Source of the DNA: Hydrolagus affinis
Taxonomy: Eukaryota
DNA: 64,000 nucleotides
Assembly: GCA_012026655.1 (NCBI GenBank)
Contig: JAAILG010001453.1
Location: forward strand, 1-64,000
Direction of reading: 5' to 3'
In this document: piece after piece, positions 47,141-60,621 of the stretch
How positions within the stretch are numbered: the stretch's first letter is position 1
How the letters are laid out: every line of letters starts with the position of its first letter
Notes under the pieces: model-generated
Databases searched by the model: none
What the model saw: the letters and a program-made list of their open reading frames with translations, nothing else
Told to the model about the DNA's origin: nothing
Position numbers and translations under genes: made by a program

Positions 47141-49094
47141 TTTCCGTCTCTGAGCAGCAGTATTCAGCGCCGCTTTGCATTAAAAGGGACCGTTTCCCGC
47201 CTTCACACGGGAACAGCTCAAGCCGCAGGAGCTAACAGGCTATTGCTGGGTTCCATTGACAGTCAGGCTCTCTAGCCAAATAGCCACAGACCTTCCCTGG
47301 AGCGGCCGTTTGTTTTCACGTTGGCAGCCGCAGCCAAAGTAACCCGAGCGGATCTCCGCCTTGTGAACGGGGGGATCGATTTGAGCCAGCTCTTCAGTAA
47401 TCCGCGAGCTGAAAGTGCTTTCTCGCAAGGGCTTAGACACAAAACCCGCTCTGTTCCACCTCAGACGCTTTGCCAAACACTGTTCCACTTAAACTGGTGC
47501 GTCAACAAGCCCAGCGCTGGGCCCATCCACTCACTTGCTTGCGGCTGAAATATAAACAGGACAAACAGAGCCAAGTGCCACTTGGTAACAGAGGCTTCTG
47601 TGGTAGGTACCGAGGGGAGGAGACTGATCAGAGAGGCTGGAGAGGTAAACATGCCCTCTCTAAAAGCACAGCGGACAGTTTCCTTCTGCGGCTTCAGTGT
47701 TTTCTTTGCTCCTGTTAGGAATTTTTTTTCAATCGAATTTGAAGAATTTTGTTTTCCAAGTCACCTTTCGTTTCGACCGATTGAAGCAGTCAATGTTTAC
47801 TTCCTTCTAATAATAATCCGTGCGTTTGATATGGCGCTTTTCACGTCTTCTACGCAAAACGGAATGCGGGTGCGGATTTAGCCGTGGTTTGGGTGGGTGG
47901 CTTTTTTTTTGCTTTTTTTTTGCTTGTGAACGAACTGAGTGAAGCTGATGTTATCAGGCAGAGCGGCTAACTGTGTACTCTGGCCCCGAGGCTTCAATCA
48001 GCTTTCGCAGTTCACTCCGGCTCCAGCTGTGATATGTTCCTAGTCAACTGACTCATTGGGTCTCAGAGCGGAAACAGATACCATTAGTTCAAGGTTCAAA
48101 TCGGTGTAAAATACAGAAGTAATTACCTTGTCGGCTTTTTTTATCAAACCACCCTTCCTTTAAGTGCTGACAAGGATTTACTTCTCTGCCCTCCTCTCTT
48201 TTCTTTAATACCACAATAAGCCTTGAACTAACCTGAATGGTTTGAGTCCCCACCACCACTTTATCCGGTGGGCGAGTTGATCACTAACACATCACAGCTG
48301 GAGCCATGTCAAACCCATATTGAACTCCTAATGTGTTAATCCAAAGACAGTTCACAACTTATTAGTAACACAGCGGCCAAATAGACGCTCCACCTTTTAT
48401 TGCGGAGTTCTGACAAATTGCGTTCATTTTTAGCTGCCTCGTGCCATTCCCACCCGTATCGATTTTACGTCCGAATATTAAAATGTGTTTGTTTTCCTGC
48501 ATTAAAAGGCACATTCCCACGCATTTCTGTTTGCGTGTACGTCACAAAAGGTGTTTTTTTTTAAAAAAAGAGAGAGCCTGTGTATTTTTAAAGAATGAAA
48601 ATTTCTTCCACTCTCTCTCTCTATGCCTTTCGGCAAACGAATATAAAGCTTAGCGTTACCAGCCGAAAGTCTTCCTAAAATAGTCTGCTTCAAGCACTAA
48701 CAATGTAAAGTGCAGATTACATTTTTATTTAATTATCGAATAGGTTTTGGGGATTGTACAAAGGCTTGTAGACAAACCCTAAATAATTGCTCTAATCTTC
48801 TATCTCTACTTGTGCAGTCTTCCCCCCTCTAATTCTACATTATTTATATATATTTAGTTTCTACTGTATTAAACTTTCTATGGCTATTTATTTTTCATAA
48901 ACAAGAAATTGTTATAAGTTACAGGTTGCCCTTTTTGTGACAAACTTGTAGGATATTTGCCTCAAAATATACAGTCACTACACTTCACAATAAATCCTGT
49001 GAAACGTTTTGAGACCATTCCCTAAGCGAACAGTACTATATCAATTGCATGCATTAATATTATCATTAAATCAAAACGGCAGAAATTTCACTCT

Positions 49095-49860
49095 GTGTCA
49101 GCCTGGATCAGTATTAGCACATTTGGCTCTGAGTCCGAAGGTCGGGACTTGGATTCACATTGTCGAAGGTGATACTTCAAAGCAGTTATGGAGGAGTGTT
49201 GCATTGTCAAAGGCCCTGTTTTTTGGATGAGGCATTAAACGAAGGTCCCATTTGCCTGTTCAGGTGGATGTTGAAGATCCCATGACATTATCCAAAAAGA
49301 GTAAGGAGTTTCTACCAGTCCCCAAATAAAATTGGTCACTCACTCCATGGCTGTTCGTCGGACATCAAACTAATAATAGTAATAATAATAATAATAATAA
49401 ATTGGTCACTTTCGATCCACGACTGTTTGTGGGACATTGCTGTGCGCAATGGGCTGCTGCGTTTCACCCACAAATATACAGTCAACTCACTTTACAGTAA
49501 TATTCTTTGAAGCGCTTTGAGACATTGGTAAGACGTGAAAAGCGCTATATCAAATGTACGGATTCTTCTTATTATTGATATAAACCTAATAATTATTCTT
49601 TCCCAATTGAAGGATTCATCTCAGTTGAAGTTCCAACAACAACAACAACATCTTGCATCTACAAGATGCAGTCACAAATCAGTGAGGTCAAATAATAAAT
49701 AATAATAATAACCCTTTCACCTGATATAGCGCGTTATCATGTCTCCGAGATGTCTCGAAAAACGCTTCACAGAATATACTGTAAAGTGAATTGACTGTAT
49801 ATTTTTGTGGCCAAAACTCGATGGCCAATTGCGCACAGCGGTTTCCCATAAACAGCCGTA
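49095..49860. mobile_element. Cluster: old Deu-SINE (plus, 49095-49330), SINE 3' half (plus, to 49575), SINE 3' half (minus, 49690-49860)
   Basis: ggagtgttgcattgtcaaagg...ttggatgaggcattaaacgaagg...caggtggatgttgaagatcccatgacatta (Deu domain); family tails. Confidence 0.8.
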
Positions 49861-51169
49861 AAACAAGCGAAAAGAACAACAGTGAAGGTAGAGAAAGTGG
49901 ATAGGGTTTTGTAAGATGCAGATCACTGAAGGAGGAGGGAGATTTATCAGCGAGTGGAAGTGGCTGGTGATGCTTCAAAAGATTCCCTGGCTGTGTCACC
50001 TGAGATTGTTATCCACAGACATGATGTAAGCACTTAAGTCTAATTAACTCCATCGTATTTATTACTCCTGCTTGAACTCTGGTTCCGCCACTTATTTATA
50101 TCAAAAATGGAGTGTCAACAAGTGAAATACATTAGCCACATTGCTTGAGCGTGTTAATGTTAAGGGCTTTTTCTTTACCCCCCTGAAAGAGATTCAATCA
50201 AGTACATTAAAAGGGCTGTGGTGTCTTGTATGTAGGTTTGAAAAACCAGCGATTCAGCTGGCAGCTGGAAAGGCCACACAACGAGGACACAACTCCTCCA
50301 TCTGCTCCAGTGTGGAGGGAAGCAAAAACGAGATCAAGGGTGACCATTTAATGCACAAGTGGCTGGCACATGTGTGGTTAACCAACAAGCCTTCCATTAC
50401 GCCAACATGTTTGGGAAGGAACACAAAACAATATATACAGTATAAGGGAATATATTTTTTTTAAACGTTTCAAATTTCACAATACATCATCCCATTATCC
50501 CATCTACCCAGCCAAGTTTCTGAATCCCTTGCAGACTCGAATCCAGAGTAAACTTAATATTGTAGCCATACATATGAATACGTAAACGACCCATTGGCTC
50601 TGGGTTGCATACCGATGTGAGATAAGTGCTCCGACAATGTAAACCCTGCCTTTATCCAACTCCAGAGGGAGCCTTTGATCTCCCCTACATGTCTTCGGGC
50701 AGCAAAGCTGTTCTGACTTCCTTGTTCCACACTTATGCTATTGGATTTCAATTGTCGATGTGATTACATTACCTTTGGAAATGCAGTCTGATTGCACAAA
50801 CGGTCTCGGAGTGTGTTGGTTTTGTTTTGCTTAGAACTATGTTCCATTTGCCGAATCTTGGCTACGGAAATCTATTTGGGCTTACACTGGCTTCTGTCCT
50901 TTCGCTGTACTTTATCAGGAAAACGTTAAGAACAGCAGCGTGGTATTTCGACTCCCATGTTACTGAATCTAGTTACCGTGTTCTTATTGATTGGTTGCTG
51001 CCTTGTGTACATGTTGCACAGGATTGGTGAATGACACAAGGTAATTGTGAAACCCGTTCAACGGAGAAAGAATACTTTATATCGTATCAACGAGCCTCAA
51101 AAGCGCGGGGCAGTAATCACTCTTTTAGTGTAGGGAATGCATGCACCAACCAAGATAACAAAAATAAAT

Positions 51170-51905
51170 GATAATCCTTGCATTTTGATACAGCGCTTTT
51201 CACGTTTTCTAGATGTCCCAAAGCGCTTCACGGAATATACTGTAAAGTGAATTGACTGTATATCTGTGGGTGAAACACAGCAGCCAATTGCGCACAGCAG
51301 TGTCCCCACAAACAGTCGTGGATCGAAAGTGACCAATTTATTATTATTATTACTATTATTAGTTTTTTTTTTGGAGGGATTATTATTAGACGTGTGTGTG
51401 GAGTAAGGAAACTTGCCCAACGTTTTGCTATGACCTGCCTGGATTTGAACACAGGTCTCATGTTTGTAAGGCGAGTGCTCAAACTATTGAGCTACAGGAC
51501 TACACAAATTCCAGATCCCACAAGCATCCATATGGCGAATGATCAGTTCCCCTGGAGGAATCTTGGCCAGGACACCAGGAAAACCTCCCTTCTCTTTTCA
51601 TGGGATAGTATTGCGGGATTCCTTTAAAAGGCAGGCGGGAACTCTGCTTAATCCCTCATCCGAATCAGGAGCGACTGATACAATACACCGCTTGAACTTT
51701 GACTTGCGAAGATCCAAATTGGGGCTCGAATCTGCAACAACAACAACAACAAAATTACATTTATAGAATGCCTTTCACGTCGGGAGGCGCTGAACAGTTA
51801 GGTCGAGACCCAGGTGGGGGGGTGGGGGGACGGGTCGGGAGGGAAGGAGAGTAGGAAAGGGGGGGAGAGGTAGGAGGGCAGCAGAAGGCACGGTCGAAGA
51901 GGAAG
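51170..51905 (-). mobile_element. Full-length SINE (51170-51505), old Deu-SINE (51520-51735) and L2 3' end (51740-51905)
   Basis: Reverse consensus of each; cttggccaggacaccaggaaaacctcc (Deu); gcagaaggcacggtcgaagagg (L2). Confidence 0.82.
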
Positions 51906-52657
51906 GTTTTCTAACTGAGAAACAAGGAGGATAATCGACGGGGCCTCTTTTGACTCATCTTATTAGTTAGACTGACTGGTGGGGAAAGAATGCGTTGGAA
52001 GAATCCATGTAGCAGAGGTCCTTGTCAAAAGAGACCAGTGAACAATATAAGAATCTCACATCTCTGCGCCCGCTAATGCGTCCTTTCAAATTTCTCCCTC
52101 ACAATGTTTACCCGCAGCATTGACTAAACCCCGAGCTCGCTTTATTGCTGTAAGCCAAGGATTATGAATCATGTATTCTTCAAATGCTTCCATCACTCAC
52201 AAGTAACAATGATTGAACCAAAATAGCGTTTCTATACAAATAATGTCAAAAGCATTAATTTATACTATTGGCTTCCAGCAGTTACAACCTAACGTTTAAC
52301 AATACCCCGTTTCCTGTTTGATAGATAGGAGTCCATAAATTATCAGCTCTCTTTACTTTAAAGTTTGTAAATGCAAGGCATCTGTTCAGCATAACATGAA
52401 ATGTACAGTGATTTATGAAGTTGCTTTGTACCCAATCTATCATATTCCTTTCTTCCGGCAGCATTTTTAAATAATCTATTTGCTGGTTTATTCATAGCAA
52501 GGATTTGTTGTCCCTCCTAATGAACTTTGTGGCTATCATTAAGATGAAAATAGATGTTATTCGCCGTAATTAAATCACTTTTTCTCTATATAGTGTCTCG
52601 TTTCCCTTCCCGTATAATTCACTGCCCTGTCATCTGATTTCAGTGAAGACATCGGGG

Positions 52658-53075
52658 CAACAACAACAACAACGACATTACATTTATAGAGCGCCTTTCA
52701 CGCCTGGGAGGATGTCCCAAGACGCTGACAGTCAGGGACCCGAGCAAGGGAGAGGGGCAGGGTAGGCGGGAGAGGCAGGGAGAGAGTTAGGAGGGCAGTA
52801 GAAGACACGGTCGAAGAGGAGGGTCTTGAGACCGGTCTTGAAGGGATGGAGTTCCAGAGTGTGGGGGCAGAGAGGCTGAAAGCCCATCCACTGATGGTAA
52901 GGCTGGTCGGGCGGGGGACATGGAGAAGGCCAGAGCCCGCTGAACGGAGAGGATGGGGAGGTTCACAGGGGGACTGCAGGTCGGAGAGGTGGGGTGGGGG
53001 TGGGGGGGTGGTGGGGTGCGTAACCATGAATGGCCTTGAAGACGAGGACGAGGATCTTGAATTCGATCCTCTGGG
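52658..53075 (-). mobile_element. L2 LINE 3' fragment
   Basis: Minus-strand translation PLRSAGSGLLHVPRPTSLTISGWAFSLSAPTLWNSIP; (ttg)n tail. Confidence 0.9.
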
Positions 53076-53289
53076 GGTAGTCCAGAGGAGGCATTGCAGT
53101 GGTTATCTGTCAAGAGTTAAAACAAATACGTAGTTAGTATTTTCCCAGCGCTGGAAACTCTAAACCTCATTGCCCCAAAAGAATTGAAAAATGCAGTATG
53201 TGTTGTGATAACATAATAGTTCCAGGTTCTTGTGTTTTGTTGCACAGGTAAAGCATTAGCTGATCAGAAGGAACAGGTTGCGTGGGATT

Positions 53290-53665
53290 GTGGAGTACTG
53301 TGCTTAGAGCACTTGTCTCATAAGTGAGAGAACCTAGGTTCAATTCCCAGGTGGGACGAAATGTTTGGGCAAGTTTTCTTACTCCACACGCCTCTGTTTA
53401 CCTAGCAATAAGTTAGTGAATTGGGGGATCGCTTTTCGTGGGGTTAATAATCCCTTCAAAATTTTGGGGGATCAAATAATAGTAATTTGCTCACTCAATC
53501 CACCATTGTTTGTGGGGACGCTGCTGTGCGCAATTGGCTGCAGCGTTTCATCCACAAATTATACAGTCAATTAATTTTACAGTATATTCTGTGAATCGCT
53601 GTGAGACATCGATAAGGTGTGAAAAGCGCTATATCAAATGCAAGGATTTTTATTATTATTATTAC
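53290..53665 (+). mobile_element. Full-length SINE, long variant
   Basis: tRNA head, ttgggcaagttttcttactccacacgcctctgtttacctagcaataag, Deu-type 3' half and tail. Confidence 0.88.
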
Positions 53666-54544
53666 TACCCTCCCTGGCTAGAACACGAAGTGTAACAGTA
53701 GGAGGCAGAAGTGAAGTCCAATAGAGCTGGGGAGGAAATTTCCTCTGAATTCACAGCTGTTTCGACTCAAAACCATGGCATGGATAGTGCAAAGTGAGTG
53801 ACTCTGACAATCGGTCAGAATGAAATCTCTCTCTCAGCTCCTGGTCTGAGTTTAGAGCTTGTCACCTTGAGACCGTATTATTGACAAACACTATTGGCCT
53901 GAAGGAAGCCGCTGGCTGTGTTTTTGACAGTAAAGATGCCAGTGCAATTGAGCTTGTTTCGATTCTGCCTTCACCAGTCTTTCATCGCGTTCCAATATCC
54001 CGCAGGTCAACAGTGATAGACGTAAATATGGATTATACCATTGGTGCCGTTCAAAACAATATTTATTGTCAGTTATCATTTGGTGTCTGGCTCTTGTCTG
54101 TGCCTGTCTCCTGTTTCTTTACAAGCTGCTGCTATCCAATCAATAGAATAAAAATAAATAATCCTCGCATTTGATATAGAGCCTGATGGTGTCTCCGAGA
54201 TGTCTCAAAGCGCTTCACACAATACACTGCAAAGTGAATTCACCGCCCATTTTGTGCGGTGAAACGCAGCAGCCAATTTATTAACCGCGTTAACACACAG
54301 CAGGAGTGATTACGGAGTGATTTACCCTTTTGCCTGCAATGCTTGTCAATTGGCCCCTCAGTTGCCTTTAAGGCAGACTTTTCTTTAAACAAAACAATTA
54401 ACTCCCAAATAGAGAGAAGCTACTTGCAATTGTCGGGGAGTCAGTGACTGGAGCACTAGAGATCGTCACACGAAGAGCTCAAGGAGAAGAGCTCTTTCAC
54501 GTAGAGTGTTGTCGGCACGTGAATTGCTTTGCATTTCCAAAGTG

Positions 54545-54855
54545 GTAAAACCCTTCACGGCCTCGCCTCGCCCCCCCACCCCACCCAAACTCTGCGACCT
54601 CCTAACCCCCCTAACAACCTGTCCCCTCCCTCCGATTAGCAGACTCCAGTCTGCTCCATGTCCCCCACCCCCCCCACCGCCGCCCCCCACGTACACACCC
54701 ACCTGCCTCACCATCGGCAGGCAAGCCTTCAGCCACTCTGCCCCCAACCTTTGGAATTCCATCCCGCAGTCCCTCCCCCTCGCCCCCTCCCTGGCCTCTT
54801 TCATGTCCTACCTCAAGACCCTCTTCTTCGACCGTGCCATCGGTCACCCCCCACT
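54545..54855 (+). mobile_element. L2 LINE ORF2 C-terminal fragment
   Basis: Translation LTIGRQAFSHSAPNLWNSIPQSLPLAPSLASFMSYLKTLFFDRA. Confidence 0.9.
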
Positions 54856-56040
54856 CCACCCCTTAGAAGTAGAGGGTTAACATTGGCAGCAAGGCATACA
54901 ATGGAGGGAGAGGGAGGAAAATGGGACAATACAGGTGGTCTTTTTTGGGGGGATGGGGGCAACTTTCCAATTATTTCCTTGGAATGAAATTCCGGTGTAA
55001 AGAAACAACAGTTTGAATGTCCACCAGAGCCTTTGCACTAAGACAGACTTAACGAGTATGGAGTCTGTGGTCTCCGGAGTCTCCTCGACAGTGGCTTATT
55101 CTATTGGAAATCCAAGCCACTGTTGAGCTCGTGGTTACTAAAATGTAAGGTTTCGTTGAGGCAATTCGAGCTGGAGAAGTTTCAAATTCAGACGACTGAT
55201 TATTTCGTAAGGCTGAAGTTTTGCATTCCCTGGTTGCCGCAAAATGGTATCTAATAGGTCTCCACAATCTTTGAATCAATAGACAAACTGTCGTGTGTAG
55301 AGTTCCCCAGGGAAACTTTATATATGGATCCACACCACCCCACCCTCCCACCCCACCGCCCAACCCTCCCCAAAAAAATGGCATTAAATATCCTGGAACC
55401 CTGGTCACCTAAAAACGATTTTGTGGCTCGCGAGTGTAAATCATTCCGATTTAATTAGCGGTAATCCACTTTAAATGATCCATGGCTACATGGGAAAGGA
55501 AAGCCACTGTGTGTTCGATCTCAACTAATGGTTTCTTCACAGTTTACCAGCACAATTCAAAATACTCAGCGAGAGCTTCTGAGAAAACATATCTTGGTCG
55601 TTAACTACTTGGGTGGCATCTCCCTTGCAAACCTCGCCTGTCCATACACTACGGGAAAAAAAATTGTTGGCAGTCTTTAAATTCAAGTTTTCAGAGAGTA
55701 GTATGTACTTATCATATTTCACATACAGTGAACCAGTTTTTAAAGTCACACCAAACCAATTATGGGAAGCCATTTATGGCTTGGCATCTTTTAAAATAAT
55801 GTTAATCAGAAGCCCACACAGGCTGTCTGCTATTATGTTACTTACCCAATTCAAGCTGAACAGACAGCTATGGCTAGAGTGTTGAGTAGGCAGACAGAGA
55901 GAGCCCTTTCTATGCATGGAAAGAACCCTCTTAAGTTGGTGAATGAGGAGTTACAACATACGAGTGAAATCCAGGGAGAAATTGATAACAGCTGTACAAG
56001 ATGCGTCTTTCCGTCTCTCTCTCTTTCTCTTTAACTTATA

Positions 56041-56205
56041 CAATAATAATCCTTGCATTTGATATCGCACCTTATCACATCTTCGAGCCATCTCACAGAA
56101 CATGCCATCAAGTGAATTGACTGTATATTTTGTGGGCGAAACGTGGCAGCCAATTGCGCACAGCAGCGTCCCACAAACAGTCGTGGATTGGGTGACCAAT
56201 TTATC
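56041..56205 (-). mobile_element. SINE 3' half
   Basis: Reverse family consensus. Confidence 0.87.
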
Positions 56206-56754
56206 ATTGTTTATCTGATGCCTTGAGATATTGAGCGATGGGTGCTATGGTCTAATGTGTTGAACATTGTCAACCTAATCATTTTGTTTTCTGACAGTGG
56301 CAAAGCTTATTGCAAGGCAACATTTATGTCCTTCTACACCAGTCCAACTTGCCTGCTGCGATTTACTGCACTTGACTAACTGACTGATTAGGTTTTTGCC
56401 AGAGGCAAAATTGCATCCTTCCTTCAAAAACAAGAGGATCCCCGTTTAACGATTCCTGGTGGACTTAGGAAAGCCTCTGTGTAGAATTAACCAATTCGTA
56501 TGCACTAGACGTTTTAATGGGATTTATTTTATACAGAATCCAATTAGCTGTGCGCTGATTCAAAGGGCCCAAACCCAGAAGATGTGAACATGATGCTTAC
56601 ATCAGTGGCTCTGGTTTGAGAGCGCAGAGGACACAAACAGATAGAGATAAAAGTGAGTCAGAGGAACACAAAAACAGACCCGTCTGTGATGCACTAAGGG
56701 TTAGTTTGAAGGGCCCTTGATGAGAAAGAAAGCAAACTTGAGATGTAACAATGA

Positions 56755-57125
56755 CAATCCTTGCATATGATATAGCGCCCTATCACGTCTTCAGGATGTC
56801 TCAAAGCGCTTCGCAGAATGTACTGTAAAGTGAATTAACCGGATATTTTGTGGGCGAAATAGCAGCAGCCAATTGTGCACAGCGGCGTCCCACAAACAGT
56901 CGTGGATTGAGTGAACAAATTCTTATTTATTCTTTTTTTGAAGGGATTGTTGCCCCCAGAAAAGCGATCCGCTAATCGACTAACAACCAGTTTCCGACTT
57001 ACTGCAAGGCTTAAACAGAGGTGTGTGGAGCAAGGAAACATGTCTAAAGTTTCACATTGTCCGGGAATTGAACCCAAGTCCTCAAGCTTGCAAGGTGAGT
57101 GCTCTAACCTCTACACTACAGGACT
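56755..57125 (-). mobile_element. Full-length SINE, long variant
   Basis: Reverse consensus including cttactgcaaggcttaaacagaggtgtgtggag. Confidence 0.88.
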
Positions 57126-57329
57126 TCATTAATTTCCATTGTCTATCATTAGTTTGCTCGATGTCAAACAGATCATTGGGCTGTCAGAAAGATACGGTCA
57201 CCGTCCATTATCATGACATTACTGGGTTACAAGCCCTAATGTCCCCTTTTCACTTTCAGACCAAGAAGGGTTTGACGTGGGCCAGGTAATAGACCATGAC
57301 TGGACAGATTCTCACTATTAGATCACTGG

Positions 57330-57480
57330 GAACTAATGCATTTAACCCGGGTGGCAAATCGGATTAAGGAAGACATTTGGCCATCAGAGAGACCTGATTA
57401 TCTTTCCATCAGTCTGGGCTGGGATCAGATCTGAGGTCCCGTAGGTAAAAGGACAGTGCTTCTAACTCCCAGTGCTGATA
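57330..57480 (-). mobile_element. Ancient LF-SINE-like head fragment
   Basis: Reverse complement ccttttacctacgggacctcagatctgatcccagcccagactgatggaaag...ctctgatggcc resembles the LF-SINE 5' region as I recall it. Confidence 0.45.
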
Positions 57481-57539
57481 GAGCAGACAGCAAAGTACTT
57501 TGGGAAGATTCTGTTTCATACCTATAAGGATGATTGCAT

Positions 57540-57845
57540 TAATAATAATAATAATAATAATAATCCTTGCATTTGATATAGCGTCTTATCACATCTTTGA
57601 AATGTCTCGAAGCCCTTCACAAAATATACTGTAAAGTGAATTGACTGTATATATCTGGGCGTAACGCGACAGCCAATTGCGCTCAGCAGCGTCCCCACAA
57701 ACAGTTGTAGATTGAAATGACCAATTCATTCATTTTTTTTAAAGGATTGTGTACAGTATTTGATATAGTGGCTTATCACGTCTTCGAGACATCTCAAAGG
57801 GGCTTCACAGTGAATTGATTGACTGTATATTTTGTGGGTGAAACC
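57540..57845 (-). mobile_element. Two tandem SINE 3' fragments
   Basis: Reverse family tail occurring twice. Confidence 0.85.
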
Positions 57846-60356
57846 CAACATGATAAGATTGTTACAATTTTTGTCAGCATTAATCTGATGGCTAAACTAA
57901 GGCATTCATCTGCATCTCTGTCAGAAAGACTTCAAACCTACAGTACCCTGGTGCAGTTTGACTGGCACATTTGGCACATTATAATTTACTGAATTTTAAT
58001 CTGTAGCATTCGTTTAGCTGATGAACTCTGATCAAAAACAGCTCATTATTTTTCCTTGGGCTTGAAAGTATTTTTCTTTATCTGCTCAATAAATTATGAA
58101 TTCATTGCATTGATCGGTCATTTACATCATTTTTACTGGTTCTGTTAAGAGATAAATGAATTGTTAGTGGGGGCAATCGATTCAATTCTTTGTTTATTGC
58201 TGCTGGTAAATGGAACACCTCCCAGTGTAAAGACAGTGTTAAATTATTCATGGGGTTATTTTTAGCGGCAGTGTGTGACTGGAAACCGTTGACTAAGTGG
58301 GGGTGAATGCATGTTGGCCTGCCAGGAAATTGTAGCTGGAGAATTTCTGCTTAGTCGAGTCAATAGATCTTAAATGTTAGAGCATGAGTAACAACAAGAA
58401 CTTGCATTTCCACAGCACCCCTAACACAGGGTAGAGTCCCAGAGCTCTTGACATTGGCGTAGCAAGAGACCGAGCTGTTTGGGTGGGTGGGGAGGGCGGG
58501 ATGAGAGGAAGAGTGTTCCAAAGTACTGACGAGTATCCAAATCCTAATGCATTTGGAATCTAAGTGTAACTTTGCAATTTCAGAGGTCTTGAAAAGGGAT
58601 CGTGAATCATCAGAACTGGGATGTTTAAAGAGGCAGTGAAATCACCACCTTTCTTAAAACAAAATTGGGGGGGGGGGGGGGTGGGGGAAGGGGAAATTCA
58701 GATGAAGAGCCAAGGTTACACTAGGTTGACACAAGTATGAAACAAAAATGCGCAATATCAAGTTGATTTGAAAGCTTCACCTTTTTTTTCCTGTGTCAAA
58801 TTCTAGCACTTTGTAACTTGAACCGACGAAGCATTGTTATGTTTTAGTCCAATGTCTCAGGATCCTTGATTCCAATCAGACAAAATAGACCAAAAGATCT
58901 ATATTTAAAACTATTGCATCTTATCAATGTATCGTAAGTAAGCGAAAAAGCAACATTTATTGTTTGGTGGGTATGCAGGTGATCCAACCCTGGCTTACAG
59001 TCAGTGATAACTGATAAGCAATCACATTTCTGAGGTAAATGTGCTTTCATTACAGATGAAGATAGAGCAATCCACTATTAAACCGGTTCAATAATGAAGA
59101 TTATTATCGAGCCCGAAGTCTTTAATGTTTGTTTACTGACTCGGAGTGGAGAGGCGAACTGATAAGCTGTGCCTTTATGATGGTTTACAAAAGAGTTCTC
59201 TCTGCGTGAAAAACAGAAATTAATTGATAGAAAGAGAGGCTAGAATGTTTGCTTACCGTATGTTTTTCACATGCTGAGAGAATTGCTTGCACTGTGTATT
59301 TGGAAATGATTGTTGCTGCTTGTGTGATGTGGGGGGTCTAATTTGTAACGTTTTCTTAACTTATTTCTTCTTACCATATTTCTTCTTAACAAACGCCGAA
59401 TAATTATAGTTCTAAAACATCAAATGTGGGTTCAATGGGGTTTAAAAAAAATCCTGCGATGCATTCTTCAGCATATACATGTTAAGGTAATTGGTAATAG
59501 CCCATTTTTACATTAAGAAATCTGTTAGGAATTAACGCAAATTTCACTCAAATGGTTTCAGTTTACATCAAAGGGACTCCTTGGTCTCTATTTACTGGGC
59601 AGATATTTTTAAAAATACAGTAGTCTTAAATTCAGTCTTTTTTTTCCCAGTATTCAGGAGTTTTCGCCCACTTCTTTTTGGTTGTGCAGAAAACCAAACT
59701 GTTTACAAATTTTTAGACGATCTTAAATTTCAAGTCAACTGGAAAAATGCAATCGAGGCTTATTTTACCATTTTTCCATTAACATTGAGAGTTGTGCAGA
59801 GTTGTGGGAAACTCTGAGAAAAGATAAGAATATTTCACAAATCTGTGCGAATTCAAGGATATTATTATCAACTTGTTAAACTCTACATGGTCCTAAATGC
59901 TGACAGAGGAAACTCTACTCTCGCTGGCTAGGAATTACAGTCACTACACTTTTACATTGACATTCAGCGAAGCACTTTGAGACATGCCCCAAAGTTGAAG
60001 GCGCTATATCAATGCAAGGAGTGTTATCAATTTCAACCCCCGTAGAATTACACCCTGGAGTGTACTCCTGCCGTGAAAAGTGCTATACAAGTGTAATTTT
60101 CTTGTCATTGCTAAATGCATGCATTTTAAACTCGGATACTCTATTGCTTACTTAGCACCTCGTGTATATTAGCTGCGTATTTTAGAAGCTGCATTGAAAC
60201 TGTGGCATTTCCTCTGATTCAAACTAGACTAACCCCAGCGTCACGATCAAGCATTGCTGACCTACTCTAGGGGAATGTTAATAACCATTGCAGTGTGCTG
60301 ACTAAACCAGGGACAGCACATTGCTAAGTCCTCTACTGGCTACTGACTAATCTCGT

Positions 60357-60357
<1 letters not shown>

Positions 60358-60397
<40 letters not shown>
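60358..60397. repeat. (CA)n microsatellite
   Basis: Direct reading. Other microsatellites: ~10466-10499 (TC/TA), 29897-29932 (CA), 31255-31277 (TG), 41078-41104 (CT). Confidence 0.95.
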
Positions 60398-60400
<3 letters not shown>

Positions 60401-60621
60401 GGCACGACCGTTTTTGTTTAGGCCATGCGCCACGGTCATAAAGTAATCCAAACAAAAGGTGAAACAGGCTGGCAATGGTGATTCTTATCCATTTATTGCT
60501 ACGCAGATAACCGAGATCCTTAACCGCTACCACACTAGTGTGTAAAACTATTTCTGGGTTCCAGTCCTGAGCAATGCATAACCGATCGCAAAGATGCGTT
60601 GTGCTCGATTAAGGCAGAAAG

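Noticed and set aside
47321-47337. NFI palindrome TTGGC...GCCAA
   Set aside because: Spacer is 7 nt rather than the required 5
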